A DNA stretch of 64,000 nucleotides, taken from contig CAVVYZ010000005.1 in the NCBI GenBank assembly GCA_963752595.1, forward strand, positions 256,001 through 320,000. The letters run 5' to 3'. Below, one piece after another: positions 1 to 10,309 of this stretch. The stretch comes from an uncultured delta proteobacterium. Lineage in GTDB: Bacteria > Desulfobacterota > Desulfomonilia > UBA1062. Below the pieces are notes generated by a model that made no database searches, was not told the origin of the DNA, and saw only the letters and a program-made list of their open reading frames with translations. Within the stretch, counting starts at the first letter, position 1. Every line of letters begins with the position of its first letter. Made by a program: the position numbers and the translations under genes.

Positions 1-1
1 C

Positions 2-682
2 GTATATTCCTATGTAGACATAACGGGCCTCTCCGACATAGACCCTATATACCGGGATAACCTCACGGAAGAGGAGATCAACGGGTATGTAATCAGCTCT
101 GTCACGAATTCCCTGTACCGGGATACTACCAATGACTTTTTTCGTCCGACGAGGGGTTCCGACAGTTCCGTGTCCCTGGAATATGCAGGCTTGGGCGGCG
201 ATTATCATTTTACCCGCATGAACGCAAAGTATGCTCAATTCTTCCCGCTGTATAAAGATAAAGTTGCCTTGATGTTGAAGTTCAGATGGGGTAGCATAAA
301 CCCTGCTCAGGGCGATAAGCTTCCGGAAGACGAGCTTTTCACCCTTGGCGGTTTGAATAGTGTTCGGGGTTTCAGGTATGGAGAGGTCGGGCCGAAGGAC
401 TCTTTCGGTAATGTCATAGGAGGAAGGCGCATGTTCGTATTCAATACCGAGGTTACCTTTCCCATCGCGGATATACCCGGTCTGTCGGGAGTCTTCTTCT
501 TCGACCAGGGAAACGCTTTCGACAGTCGGATCGACTTATCCAACTTGAAACGCTCTTACGGCGCCGGTATCAGGTGGGTTACTCCCATGGGGCCGTTGCG
601 CATAGAGTACGGAAAGGTGATCAGCCCGGAAGAGGATGAGCCCGCAAGCCGGTGGGATTTCTCCATCGGGACGTTCTTCTAA
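2..682 (+). CDS. bamA: Outer membrane protein assembly factor BamA, C-terminal part (5' truncated by window)
   Basis: Frame is open from nt 2. It contains LGGLNSVRGF (VRGF motif), GAGIRWVTPMGPLRIEYG and a terminal FSIGTFF beta-signal, and lies directly upstream of skp-lpxD. Confidence 0.95.
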   Translation, partial: VYSYVDITGLSDIDPIYRDNLTEEEINGYVISSVTNSLYRDTTNDFFRPTRGSDSSVSLEYAGLGGDYHFTRMNAKYAQFFPLYKDKVALMLKFRWGSINPAQGDKLPEDELFTLGGLNSVRGFRYGEVGPKDSFGNVIGGRRMFVFNTEVTFPIADIPGLSGVFFFDQGNAFDSRIDLSNLKRSYGAGIRWVTPMGPLRIEYGKVISPEEDEPASRWDFSIGTFF

Positions 683-704
683 AAAAATCCAGGAGGATGA
701 GGAA

Positions 705-1256
705 ATGAAACGCTTTATTCTTATCGTCACAGCTTTTATCGTATCCTTCGGCCTGTCCGCACAAGGATATGCAGCAGATTCCAAGATCGTTTACATGGAC
801 TCCCAGAGGATACTGACCGACTCCGTAGCAGGCAAGGAGGCATACAGCCAGCTGGAGAAGCTTAAAAACGAGAGGCAGAAAGACATCGACAAGATGCAGA
901 ACACCCTGAAAAAGCTCGGAGAGGAAATCCAGATAAAGGGCCCCACCATGAAAGATGCGGCGAAGCAGGAGCTCCAGGCCAAGTACGAGGGTGAGCTCAA
1001 GAACTACAACCGTTTCGTCAAGGATGCCCAAGAAGAGCTCCGGAAGAAAGAGCTCTCCCTGGTGAAACCAATCAGCGACGAGGTGAACGCCATTATCGAC
1101 GAATACGGCAAGCAGAACGGCATCGACATCATTCTGGACAGACGTGACCCCGGCATCATCTATACTTCAACAAAACTGGACGTCACCGACACCATCCTCA
1201 AACTCTATGATGCGAAGCGCCAGCAGAAGGCGAAGGACAAGGGAGGAAAGAAATAA
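705..1256 (+). CDS. skp: OmpH/Skp periplasmic chaperone
   Basis: AGGAGG RBS upstream, signal peptide MKRFILIVTAFIVSFGLSAQGYA, KIVYMDSQRIL start, coiled-coil core and LDVTDTIL end; sits between bamA and lpxD. Confidence 0.9.
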   Translation: MKRFILIVTAFIVSFGLSAQGYAADSKIVYMDSQRILTDSVAGKEAYSQLEKLKNERQKDIDKMQNTLKKLGEEIQIKGPTMKDAAKQELQAKYEGELKNYNRFVKDAQEELRKKELSLVKPISDEVNAIIDEYGKQNGIDIILDRRDPGIIYTSTKLDVTDTILKLYDAKRQQKAKDKGGKK

Positions 1257-1262
1257 TTCCCC

Positions 1263-2273
1263 ATGTTCCTTTCAGAGATCGCCCGGCGCATTCATGGAAC
1301 CCTTCATGGTGAGGATGGAGAGATATCCGGGGTTTCCACCATCGAAGAGGCGACCGCTGCGGATATCACCTTTCTGTCGAACTTAAAGTACAAGGATAAG
1401 GCAAAAACCACCGTTGCGGGCTGTATCATCGTGGGGGAGGCGCTCGACCTCCCCATACCTCAGATCCTCACATCCAATCCCTATCTGGCATTTGCCCGGG
1501 CCGTTGAAATCCTCATGCCTGAAAAGAGCCATACTCCCGGCATATCCGGAATGGCGTCAGTCCATCCCGAGGCATCGGTGAACCCGTCTGCAACAATCTA
1601 CCCCTTTGTCTCCGTAGGAGAAAAGGCGCGGATTTCCCGCAACTGCGTCCTCTACCCCGGCTGCGTGATCGGGGATGAGGCCGAGATCGATGAATCCACC
1701 GTTCTCTACCCCAACGTGGTCGTCTATGAGCGGTGCAGGATCGGAAAACACTGCATCATCCATTCGGGCGTGGTCATCGGCTCCGACGGGTTCGGGTTCG
1801 TCTGGGACGGCACGCAGCATGTCAAGATCCCCCAGAAAGGCATCGTCATCATCGGTGATTCCGTGGAGATCGGAAGCAACTGTACCATTGACCGAGCAGC
1901 GCTCACGAGCACGAGGATCGGGAATGATGTAAAGATGGACAATCTGGTGCAGATCGGACACAACGTAGTCGTAGGCGACCACTCGATCATCGTTGCCCAG
2001 TCGGGCATTGCCGGAAGCTCCCGCATCGGAAAGTCCGTGACGCTGGCGGCCCAGTCAGGAATCGGCGGCCACATCACCGTCGGCGACGGCTGTGTTGCTG
2101 CGGCCAGGGCCGGGATCGTATCCGACCTGCCGGCAGGAAAGGTCGTGTCTGGGTTCCCGGCCATGGATCATAAGAAGTGGCTCAGGGTGCAGAACATCTA
2201 TAAAGACCTCCCCGAGCTCTTGAAGCGCGTCCGGGAACTGGAAAGGAGGCTCGATGCCCTCTCAAATGATTGA
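1263..2273 (+). CDS. lpxD: UDP-3-O-acylglucosamine N-acyltransferase
   Basis: DITFL and NPYLAFAR N-domain, hexapeptide repeats, IGSDGFGF, KIPQKGIV, DNLVQIGHNV. Confidence 0.96.
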   Translation: MFLSEIARRIHGTLHGEDGEISGVSTIEEATAADITFLSNLKYKDKAKTTVAGCIIVGEALDLPIPQILTSNPYLAFARAVEILMPEKSHTPGISGMASVHPEASVNPSATIYPFVSVGEKARISRNCVLYPGCVIGDEAEIDESTVLYPNVVVYERCRIGKHCIIHSGVVIGSDGFGFVWDGTQHVKIPQKGIVIIGDSVEIGSNCTIDRAALTSTRIGNDVKMDNLVQIGHNVVVGDHSIIVAQSGIAGSSRIGKSVTLAAQSGIGGHITVGDGCVAAARAGIVSDLPAGKVVSGFPAMDHKKWLRVQNIYKDLPELLKRVRELERRLDALSND

Positions 2274-3036
2274 TCCATCCGCCCGTATCTCCCCCGGGGC
2301 ACGAATCGCGGAAGGAGTGGAGATAGGCCCGTACACCACCATAGAAGAAAAGGTCGAGATCGGTGCGGGCACGCATGTGGGTCCGTACTGCCTGATCCAG
2401 GGCCCCACAACGATAGGCACCGGATGCACCATCACCGGCTATGCGAGCATCGGAACCCCTCCCCAGGACCATTCCTACAAGGGAGAGGATACGAGGCTCG
2501 TCATCGGCAACGACAATACCATCCGCGAATTCGTCACCATCAACCGCGGCACGACCAAGGACAAGCAGGTCACCACCATCGGGAACCATAACCTCATCAT
2601 GGCTTACTGCCACGTGGCGCACGACTGCATAGTCGGAGACCACGTGGTCATGGGCAATCTGGCCACACTGGCAGGCCACGTGGAGATCCACGACCGAGCC
2701 ATCATCGGCGGGCTCTCGGCCATCCACCAGTTCACACGGGTCGGGGCTTATACCATCGTGGGCGGGGGCTCCATGGTGAGCCTCGACATCATCCCCTATG
2801 CCAAGGCTTCCGGAGACCGGGCAGGCCTCTTCGGCGTCAATACCATCGGTCTCAAGCGAGGCGGCTTCAGCCCGGAGCAGGTCAAGAACATCGAAAAGGC
2901 CTACCGCATCCTCCTCAAGCAGGGATTCCTGCTCAAGGATGCGATAAAGGCCCTTGAAGACGAATTTTCCGATATGGCGGAAGTCATGCGTCTCGTGAAC
3001 TTCTTACAATCATCTCGCAGGGGGATTGCACGGTGA
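2266..3036 (+). CDS. lpxA: Acyl-ACP--UDP-N-acetylglucosamine O-acyltransferase
   Basis: PQDHSYKGE, IREFVTINRGT, YCHVAHDC (catalytic His), IHQF, GVNTIGLKRGGF. Confidence 0.96.
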   Translation: MIDPSARISPGARIAEGVEIGPYTTIEEKVEIGAGTHVGPYCLIQGPTTIGTGCTITGYASIGTPPQDHSYKGEDTRLVIGNDNTIREFVTINRGTTKDKQVTTIGNHNLIMAYCHVAHDCIVGDHVVMGNLATLAGHVEIHDRAIIGGLSAIHQFTRVGAYTIVGGGSMVSLDIIPYAKASGDRAGLFGVNTIGLKRGGFSPEQVKNIEKAYRILLKQGFLLKDAIKALEDEFSDMAEVMRLVNFLQSSRRGIAR

Positions 3037-3959
3037 GCAAGATCAAGGCGGCTGTCATCGGCGTGGGATATCTGGGAAGGTTCCATGCCTTCAAGTATGC
3101 AGCCATGGAGGATGTGGATTTCCTCGGAGTTGTGGATGTCGACCGCCAGCGGGCAGAATCAGTGGCCCGGGAGGTCGGCACACGGGCATATACGGAATAC
3201 AAAGGCCTCTTAGATGAGCTGGATGCAGTGAGCATTGCCGTCCCCACCACCGCCCATGCCGCGGTGTCGATTCCGTTCCTGGAGCGGGGGATTGCCGTAC
3301 TCCTGGAAAAACCCATCTCTGCGAGCCTCGATGAAGCCCGCTCGATCATCGATGCCGCGTCGAAAGGAAATGCCAAGCTCCAGATCGGGCACCTCGAGCG
3401 GTTCAATCCGGCGCTGGTGAGTCTGTCGGACGACATCAAAAAGCCCATGTTCATCGAAGCCCACCGCATCAGCCCGTTCAAGGAACGGGGCACGGACGTG
3501 GATGCGATCCTCGACATCATGATCCATGATATCGACATCATCCTTTCGCTGGTTCCCTCGAAGATCAGCTCGGTCGAGGCGGTAGGGGTACCCGTTCTCA
3601 CGGACTCCGTGGATATCGCCAATGCCAGGATCCGCTTCGAATCCGGGTGCATCGCGAACATCACCGCAAGCCGCGTGAGTGCCGACACCATGAGGAAGAT
3701 CCGGATGTTCCAGAGCAACTCCTACATCTCCATCGACTTTGCAAAGGCTAGCGTGGATGTCTTCAGTCTGGACGAGAACAGGCAGATCAAGCACACCCAC
3801 CTCTCCATGTCCGAATCCGATGCACTGGCAGCGGAAATCAGAGCTTTTATCGATGCCGTCAAAGGGATTTCACCCATAAAGGTCGACGGGGAGGCAGGAT
3901 TGAAAGCAGTCGAGGTAGCTTATAACATTAAGAATTCCATGATCATACCCGAACGATGA
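3033..3959 (+). CDS. Gfo/Idh/MocA oxidoreductase, GnnA-like (putative UDP-GlcNAc 3-dehydrogenase)
   Basis: GVGYLG Rossmann motif, EKP, GHLERFNP and DIMIHDID; located between lpxA and lpxB, as gnnA is in Acidithiobacillus. Confidence 0.85.
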   Translation: MSKIKAAVIGVGYLGRFHAFKYAAMEDVDFLGVVDVDRQRAESVAREVGTRAYTEYKGLLDELDAVSIAVPTTAHAAVSIPFLERGIAVLLEKPISASLDEARSIIDAASKGNAKLQIGHLERFNPALVSLSDDIKKPMFIEAHRISPFKERGTDVDAILDIMIHDIDIILSLVPSKISSVEAVGVPVLTDSVDIANARIRFESGCIANITASRVSADTMRKIRMFQSNSYISIDFAKASVDVFSLDENRQIKHTHLSMSESDALAAEIRAFIDAVKGISPIKVDGEAGLKAVEVAYNIKNSMIIPER

Positions 3960-5044
3960 AGAAAAAAACGGTATGCATGGTGGCGGGCGAGGCTAGTGCC
4001 GACAGGCATGCAGCAGCCGTGATCCGGGCGCTTAAGGGAACAGTTCCCGGCATCGAGGTATTCGGCATCGGAGGCCCTCAGATGCAGGCAGCCGGCATGG
4101 AATGCATCTACGGCATCGAGGAATTCTCGGTCATGGGGTTCTCTGATGTCATCCCCCGCATCAGGCGCATCTTTTCGGTATACAAAGGACTGCTTCGAGC
4201 CATTGAAGATCGGAAGCCCGGTGTGGTGGTGCCCGTGGACCTTCCCGATTTCAACATGCGCGTTGCCAAAGCGGCGAAACGCACAGAAGCAAAAGTCCTC
4301 TACTATATCGCCCCCCAGGCATGGGCCTGGAGAAGGTACCGCGCACGGAGCCTCTCCCGGATCACGGACGGCCTGGCGGCGATCTTTCCCTTTGAAGAGG
4401 CCTTCTTCTCCTCGTACGGAGTCAATGTCCGTTATGTGGGCCATCCGTTCATTGAGAACCTTACCGGAGCAGTCGGTAAAGCCTCCCGGCCTCCCCGGAA
4501 TATTGTCCTGATGCCGGGGAGCAGAAAGCATGAAATCCGCACAATCCTTCCGATCATGTGCGAGGCCAAGGCTATCGTGCAGAAACGGCACCCGGAAATG
4601 GTCTGGCATTTGAGGGTTGCACCGGGCATCGACCCGTTAGATATCCGGTCCATGGCGGACGGCGATATCCGCTTTTCCACAGAACTTCCCGCCGCCGACC
4701 TTGCGGTGGTGAAATCAGGGACATCGAGCTTCGAGATGGCGGTCCTGGGAATACCGGAGGTCATCTGCTACCGGACGACAAACTTGAACTACCGGCTCGC
4801 CAGGACCTTTGTGAAGGTCGATTACATCGGCATGCCCAACATCATCCTGGGAAGGGCTGCGGTGCCCGAACTCATCCAGGACGGACTTACCGGTGAGGCC
4901 CTTGCGGGAGAGATCCTGACACTCATCGATGACGAGCGACGATACCATGAAATGCAATCCGCATTTGAAGAGATGCGGGCAAGGCTTGGGACATCCCATC
5001 CTTCCAGGGGAGTGGCTGCGTGGATACAAAGCTTGATCGACTGA
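3956..5044 (+). CDS. lpxB: Lipid A disaccharide synthase
   Basis: VAGEASAD, GIGGPQM, DLPDFN, YIAPQAWAWR, FPFE, VGHP, PGSR, SGT, PELIQ. Confidence 0.95.
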   Translation: MKKKTVCMVAGEASADRHAAAVIRALKGTVPGIEVFGIGGPQMQAAGMECIYGIEEFSVMGFSDVIPRIRRIFSVYKGLLRAIEDRKPGVVVPVDLPDFNMRVAKAAKRTEAKVLYYIAPQAWAWRRYRARSLSRITDGLAAIFPFEEAFFSSYGVNVRYVGHPFIENLTGAVGKASRPPRNIVLMPGSRKHEIRTILPIMCEAKAIVQKRHPEMVWHLRVAPGIDPLDIRSMADGDIRFSTELPAADLAVVKSGTSSFEMAVLGIPEVICYRTTNLNYRLARTFVKVDYIGMPNIILGRAAVPELIQDGLTGEALAGEILTLIDDERRYHEMQSAFEEMRARLGTSHPSRGVAAWIQSLID

Positions 5045-6780
5045 AGATAACCGACCTCCAGATCTACCGGAGGCTCCTGCGCTATCTCAAGCCTTACTGG
5101 CTCATGCTCAGCCTGTCCATGGCGCTCACCCTCGTTATCGCCGGTACAAACAGTGCGATTGCCTACCTGTTCAAATTCGTAGTGAATGACATCTTCATCA
5201 AAAAAGACGTGTTCATGCTCAAGCTCATTCCCATTGTGGTGATCATCATCTATGCCGTGAAAGCCCTGGGAGACTACTTCAGCTACTTCATCATGTCGGA
5301 TGTGGGCCAGCGGGTGGTCATGAAACTCAGGGATGAGCTCTATGCCCACATCCAGAACCTCTCCCTGCCGTACTTTATCCGCACGCCCACCGGCATCCTC
5401 ATCTCCCGCATCACCAATGACGTGAACATGGTGCAGGCATCGGTCACCAACGCCGTAACCAATTCCATCCGTGAGGCACTGACCCTCATCGGGCTCGTAT
5501 GCTATGCCTTCTATCAGAATGTCGAGCTGGCCTTGATCTCCATGATCGTATTCCCTGTTGTAGTGTATCCGATCACCCAGTTCGGCAGGCGCCTGAAACG
5601 CTATTCGACAAAGAGCATGACCGTCATGGGCAATGTCACGAGCATTCTCGACGAGGCCATCAGCGGGATCCGGATCGTCAAGGCGTACAACATGGAGGAA
5701 CACGAAAAAGAGCGGTTCTCCACGGAAAACCGCAGGTACTACCGCAACTGGATGAAACGCATTGCGGTGAGGGCCGTGTCCGGACCCATGATGGAGCTCA
5801 TCGCCGGCTTCGGAGGCGCCTTCATCCTCTGGTATGGAGGCAGGAAGGTCATCAACGGCGCCATGACCCCCGGTGATTTCGGATCGTTCATCCTGGCAGT
5901 GGGATTGCTCTATGCACCGATCCGCAAGCTCAACAACTTCAATATCGATATCCAGGAAGGGATTGCCGCCGCCAAGAGGATCTTCCAGGTGCTCGATACC
6001 AGGCCCGAGATCGAGGAAAAGCCTGGTGCGGTCACGCTGGAAACGATCAGCGGCGAGTTCGAGTACCGGGATGTCTGGTTCTCATACACAGGAGAAGAAT
6101 ATGCCCTCAAGGGCGTCGACATAAAGGCGGAAAGAGGCATGAGCATTGCCCTGGTGGGAGAGTCGGGCTCGGGCAAGACCACGATCGCCAATCTGCTCCC
6201 CAGATTCTTTGAGGTGACCAGAGGTGAGATTATCATCGGAGGAAAAGACATCAGGGATGTCACCTTCGCGTCGTTGCGGGATAAAATCGCCGTGGTGACC
6301 CAGGAGATGGTGCTGTTCAACGACACCCTCAAGGCAAACATCGCCTACGGCTCGCCGGGAGCTTCCATGGAAGAGGTCGTGCAGGCCGCAATATCGGCTA
6401 ATGCCCATGATTTCATCATGCAGATGCCCAAACAGTACGAAACCGTCATCGGCGAAAGCGGGGTCCGCCTCTCCGGCGGCCAGCGGCAGAGGATCTGCAT
6501 CGCCCGCGCAATCATCAAGAACGCCCCGATCCTCATCCTTGACGAGGCGACTTCGGCGCTGGACACAGAATCGGAGCGCGAGGTGCAGGCCGCCTTTAAT
6601 AAGCTCATGCAGGGGCGAACCACCCTCATCATTGCCCACAGGCTCTCTACGATAGTCGGAGCTGACCGTATCCTCGTGCTGAACAAAGGAGCCATCGTCG
6701 AACAGGGCACCCACCAGGAGCTTCTGGAGAAAAACGGGTACTATGCAAGGCTCTACAAACTCCAGTTCAATCATGCGTAA
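5020..6780 (+). CDS. msbA: Lipid A flippase, ABC transporter fused permease/ATPase
   Basis: TM domain followed by GESGSGKT, LSGGQRQR and ILILDEATSALD; within the lipid A operon before lpxK. Confidence 0.92.
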   Translation: MDTKLDRLKITDLQIYRRLLRYLKPYWLMLSLSMALTLVIAGTNSAIAYLFKFVVNDIFIKKDVFMLKLIPIVVIIIYAVKALGDYFSYFIMSDVGQRVVMKLRDELYAHIQNLSLPYFIRTPTGILISRITNDVNMVQASVTNAVTNSIREALTLIGLVCYAFYQNVELALISMIVFPVVVYPITQFGRRLKRYSTKSMTVMGNVTSILDEAISGIRIVKAYNMEEHEKERFSTENRRYYRNWMKRIAVRAVSGPMMELIAGFGGAFILWYGGRKVINGAMTPGDFGSFILAVGLLYAPIRKLNNFNIDIQEGIAAAKRIFQVLDTRPEIEEKPGAVTLETISGEFEYRDVWFSYTGEEYALKGVDIKAERGMSIALVGESGSGKTTIANLLPRFFEVTRGEIIIGGKDIRDVTFASLRDKIAVVTQEMVLFNDTLKANIAYGSPGASMEEVVQAAISANAHDFIMQMPKQYETVIGESGVRLSGGQRQRICIARAIIKNAPILILDEATSALDTESEREVQAAFNKLMQGRTTLIIAHRLSTIVGADRILVLNKGAIVEQGTHQELLEKNGYYARLYKLQFNHA

Positions 6781-7726
6781 AGGCCTTTCCGGTCTCTACG
6801 GCCTCATTATCAGCGCCAGGAACCATCTCTATGATACGGGGCTGAAAGCCGAACACGATGCAGGCGTGCCGGTGGTGAGCATCGGCAACATCGAGGCGGG
6901 AGGCACGGGGAAGACCCCCTTCACTATTGCGCTGTGCCGTGAGCTTGTTGTACGGGGCCTTCGGCCCGTTATCGTGACCAGGGGGTACAAGGGCAGGCTC
7001 AAAGGGGTGGTGCAGGTCGGACCCGGCCACGATTTCAGAGATGTCGGCGACGAGGCTCTCCTCATGGCGCATGTTGCAGGAGTTCCCGTAATCAAGTCTC
7101 CCGACCGGGTCAGGGGAGCCCTTTATGCCCGTGACGTTCTCAAGGCGGGCATTGTGCTCCTGGATGACGGCTTCCAGCACAGGAGGATCAAGCGGGACCT
7201 CGACATCGTGCTCGTATCAGGAGATATCTCAAAAGAATCCCTGCTCCCGCTCGGAAGGCTCAGGGAACCGGTCCGGTCGCTCCGGAGGGCGGATATCGTG
7301 GTATATACCAAGGGATCGGGCTGCACCGGCATCCACGCCGAACTCCTCCCCGCCTCCCTGGTGGACGGCTCGGGGAGGATCCATGATCTGACCATGCTGA
7401 AAGGGAAAAAGGTGCTCGCCGTGAGCGGGATCGCCAGGCCGCAGCATTTCATCGCGACCCTGGAAGGATTGGGCGCGACGGTCCAAGGTTTAAGTTTCCA
7501 CGACCACCATGCCTTCACCTCCCGGGATATGGAAAAGATAACGGCTAGGGCTTCCGCTGCAGACCTGATCGTAACTACTGAGAAGGACATGGTGCGTCTC
7601 AACCCATCCATGTTTGACGACAGATGGCTTGCACTGCGGGTGGAGATGCACATAGAAGGAATTGAAACGATCGTCAGGGAGATCGAAGGGATTGTTAAAA
7701 AAAGCGGTATTCCTCGACAGGGATGA
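6773..7726 (+). CDS. lpxK: Tetraacyldisaccharide 4'-kinase
   Basis: PVVSIGNIEAGGTGKTP, RGY, GDEA, LDDGFQH, GRLREP, GIARP, DHH, TTEKD. Confidence 0.96.
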   Translation: MRKGLSGLYGLIISARNHLYDTGLKAEHDAGVPVVSIGNIEAGGTGKTPFTIALCRELVVRGLRPVIVTRGYKGRLKGVVQVGPGHDFRDVGDEALLMAHVAGVPVIKSPDRVRGALYARDVLKAGIVLLDDGFQHRRIKRDLDIVLVSGDISKESLLPLGRLREPVRSLRRADIVVYTKGSGCTGIHAELLPASLVDGSGRIHDLTMLKGKKVLAVSGIARPQHFIATLEGLGATVQGLSFHDHHAFTSRDMEKITARASAADLIVTTEKDMVRLNPSMFDDRWLALRVEMHIEGIETIVREIEGIVKKSGIPRQG

Positions 7727-8243
7727 CACTATCATAAAAGACAAGGTCTATCTCAGCGATCCGGGCGAGATAGAGATCCTTCCGCAGGCGGCGGACTCCA
7801 TCCGCCTCCTGAACGAACAGGACATCCCGGTGATCGTCATTACCAATCAGTCTGGCATTGCCCGGGGCCTTCTCACCGAGAAAAGACTGCGGATCATCCA
7901 TGAAAGGCTGAGCTCTCTGCTCCGGGAACAGGGCGCGCGGATCGACGCGATATATTACTGCCCGCACCATCCCGAAGGCACGGTCGAACGATATGCCGTA
8001 TCCTGCTCCTGCAGGAAGCCGAAACCGGGTATGCTCCTCAAGGCGGCTAAGGATTTCAGGCTGGATCTTCCATCGTGCTTCATGATAGGCGATAAGCCTG
8101 ATGACATCGAAGTAATACACAACGTCGGCGGGAAAGGCATTCTCGTGCAGACCGGGAAACATCACGATCATAGAAGGGCTGATTTTATTGCCGGGGATAT
8201 TCTCCAGGCAGCAGAATGGGTTCTGAAGGAGATAACCGGATGA
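7692..8243 (+). CDS. gmhB: D-glycero-D-manno-heptose-1,7-bisphosphate phosphatase (HAD-IIIA)
   Basis: FLDRDDT, TNQSGIARG, YCPHHP, CSCRKPKPGM, IGD; a TTG start at 7692 is assumed. Confidence 0.88.
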   Translation: MLKKAVFLDRDDTIIKDKVYLSDPGEIEILPQAADSIRLLNEQDIPVIVITNQSGIARGLLTEKRLRIIHERLSSLLREQGARIDAIYYCPHHPEGTVERYAVSCSCRKPKPGMLLKAAKDFRLDLPSCFMIGDKPDDIEVIHNVGGKGILVQTGKHHDHRRADFIAGDILQAAEWVLKEITG

Positions 8244-9238
8244 GACTTTTTTCAGCTTTGGCCCAGAAGGCCCAGGCTTTATTTCTGAAATCGTTCATAT
8301 ATTTCATAAGGGTCATGCCCTACCGCGCAGCCATAAAAACAGGCCGTTTTTTCGGGATGATGGCATGGATATGCATCCCGCTGCACAGAAAGATTTCCCG
8401 CATCCAGATGCAATCCGCCCTCGGCTCTGGTGACGAAAGGAAACTCACACGCCGGGTCTTCATGAACCAGGGCGATATCGTCGTGGATATGATCAAGTTT
8501 GCCTACATGAGCGCTGATGAGCTTAAAGAACGGGTCATCATCGACGGCAGGGAGAATCTCGCTATGGCCGCTGCATCAGGCCGCGGCGTCATGATGATCA
8601 CCGGCCACATGAACTGGGAGATCCTCGGGCATCTCCCCAGGCTGACCGGCACCGAATTCTGTATCATGGGGGATGTCATCAAGAACGATGCCATCCAATC
8701 GGTTATCGAAGATATGCGCTCGCGGTGCGGGTTTACTCTTCTTCCGCCAAAGGGCGGCATGGTTTCGATGCTCACCGGAGAGCTCAAGCAGGGCCGCATC
8801 ATCGGGATCGTCATCGATCAGCGGGGCAAGCGCGAGAGCAAGCTCTTCTGCGACTTCTTCGGCATGCCTGCCCCCACGAACCCGGCGCCAGCGTTCATTG
8901 CGCTCAAAGGCGATGCGCTCATACAGCCCGTGTCTGCGATCAAGGAGGGAGACAAGTATCGATTCAGTTTCGAGAAACCTATCGATACCAGGGAGTTCGG
9001 GGATGACTTCAAGGCAATCGATAAGCTGCACGACTGCTGGAAATCCGAGGCGGTGCAGAAGGCAAGCGATGCCATGCAGACCTGGCTGTGCTCGGTCGTA
9101 CGAAAAAACCCCGACCAGTGGTTCTGGCTGCACAGCAGATGGCTCAGGAGGTCGGACATGAAGCACGTCCTCAAGTCCGGCAAGGATTTCAAAGAACATG
9201 TCATGGTACAGGCAGACTCTTACCTAAAGCAAGGATAG
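8240..9238 (+). CDS. Lipid A late acyltransferase (LpxL/HtrB family), paralog 1
   Basis: IDGRENL, TGHMNWE, DQ, CDFFG, PDQWFWLHSRW. Confidence 0.88.
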   Translation: MRLFSALAQKAQALFLKSFIYFIRVMPYRAAIKTGRFFGMMAWICIPLHRKISRIQMQSALGSGDERKLTRRVFMNQGDIVVDMIKFAYMSADELKERVIIDGRENLAMAAASGRGVMMITGHMNWEILGHLPRLTGTEFCIMGDVIKNDAIQSVIEDMRSRCGFTLLPPKGGMVSMLTGELKQGRIIGIVIDQRGKRESKLFCDFFGMPAPTNPAPAFIALKGDALIQPVSAIKEGDKYRFSFEKPIDTREFGDDFKAIDKLHDCWKSEAVQKASDAMQTWLCSVVRKNPDQWFWLHSRWLRRSDMKHVLKSGKDFKEHVMVQADSYLKQG

Positions 9239-9260
9239 TGTATTATAAGCAGGAATTGTC

Positions 9261-10227
9261 ATGAATCTTGTACAATCACCATTCCTTCAAGAAATACAGT
9301 ACCGTGTATCCAAGGCAGTGATCGGGTGCATCCGCATCATGCCGTACCTGGCCGCCATCACCCTGGGCAGATTCCTTGGCCTTGCAGGGTATTTCCTCGA
9401 TCCGTTTCACCGTAAAGCCGCCTCGCTCCAGATGCGCGAGGCCCTCGGAGATGCATACCATCCCGGCATTGTCCGCAGGGTATTCATGAACCATGGCGAT
9501 ATCATGGTGGATGCCGTCAGGTACGCCTACATGGATGATCGGGAAATCCGGGAACGGATAGTCATCGAGGGACAGGAGAACCTCGAAGCTGCCCTTGCAG
9601 GCGGCAAGGGCCTCATGATGATCACCGGCCACATCGGCAACTGGGAGATCCTCTCCCACCTCCCCCGGCTGCTCGGTATCCGGTTCTGCGTCATGGCGGA
9701 TATCCGCAAGGACCCACGTCTGGAATCGCTCGTGGATGAGATCCGCTCGAGATCCGGGGCCACTGATCCTTCCCCCCAAAGGCAAGGCCCTCATGCTCAT
9801 CAGGGAACTCAAACGCGGCAACACCATCGGCATGATCATGGATCAGCGGGGCAAACGTTCCGAATCCCTTTTCTGCGATTTCTTCGGCCTCCCTGCCCCC
9901 ACCAACCCGGCGCCCGCCTTCATCGCCATAAAAGGGGATGCAGTCATCCTGCCGGTATATGCCGTCAAGCAGGACGGCCGGTATCTGGTGCGCTTCTCCG
10001 AGCCCAGAGAATCCTCCTCGTTCGGTACCGGTAAGGAGGCTATCGTTCGTTTAAGCCAATTCATGCAATCCTGGGTAGAATCCGTAGTCAGGCAGCATCC
10101 CGACCAGTGGTTCTGGCTTCACTGCAGGTGGACCAGGCGCTCCGAGATGCGAAGGCTCATCAGATCCGGAGAAGACTTCCGGGCTTTTGTTCTTTCCCAG
10201 GCTGAGAAGGCTTCGCCGAACACTTGA
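9261..10227 (+). CDS. Lipid A late acyltransferase (LpxL/HtrB family), paralog 2; +1 frameshift near 9765
   Basis: ORF 9261 carries TGHIGNWE. ORF 9736 continues with ILPPKG, DQRG, CDFFG and PDQWFWLHCRW, collinear with paralog 1. Confidence 0.85.
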
Positions 10228-10262
10228 GTCACATCGGCCTGAAGCTATTCTCTATCTTGATC

Positions 10263-10294
10263 TTGACTTTAGGCGCCGCATCTTTGTATAGAAT
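10263..10294 (+). promoter_or_regulatory. Putative sigma70 promoter for tRNA-Cys
   Basis: TTGACT at 10263 and TATAGA/TAGAAT at 10287-10294, about 16-18 nt before the tRNA. Confidence 0.5.
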
Positions 10295-10309
10295 ACAGGT
10301 CATTCACAC

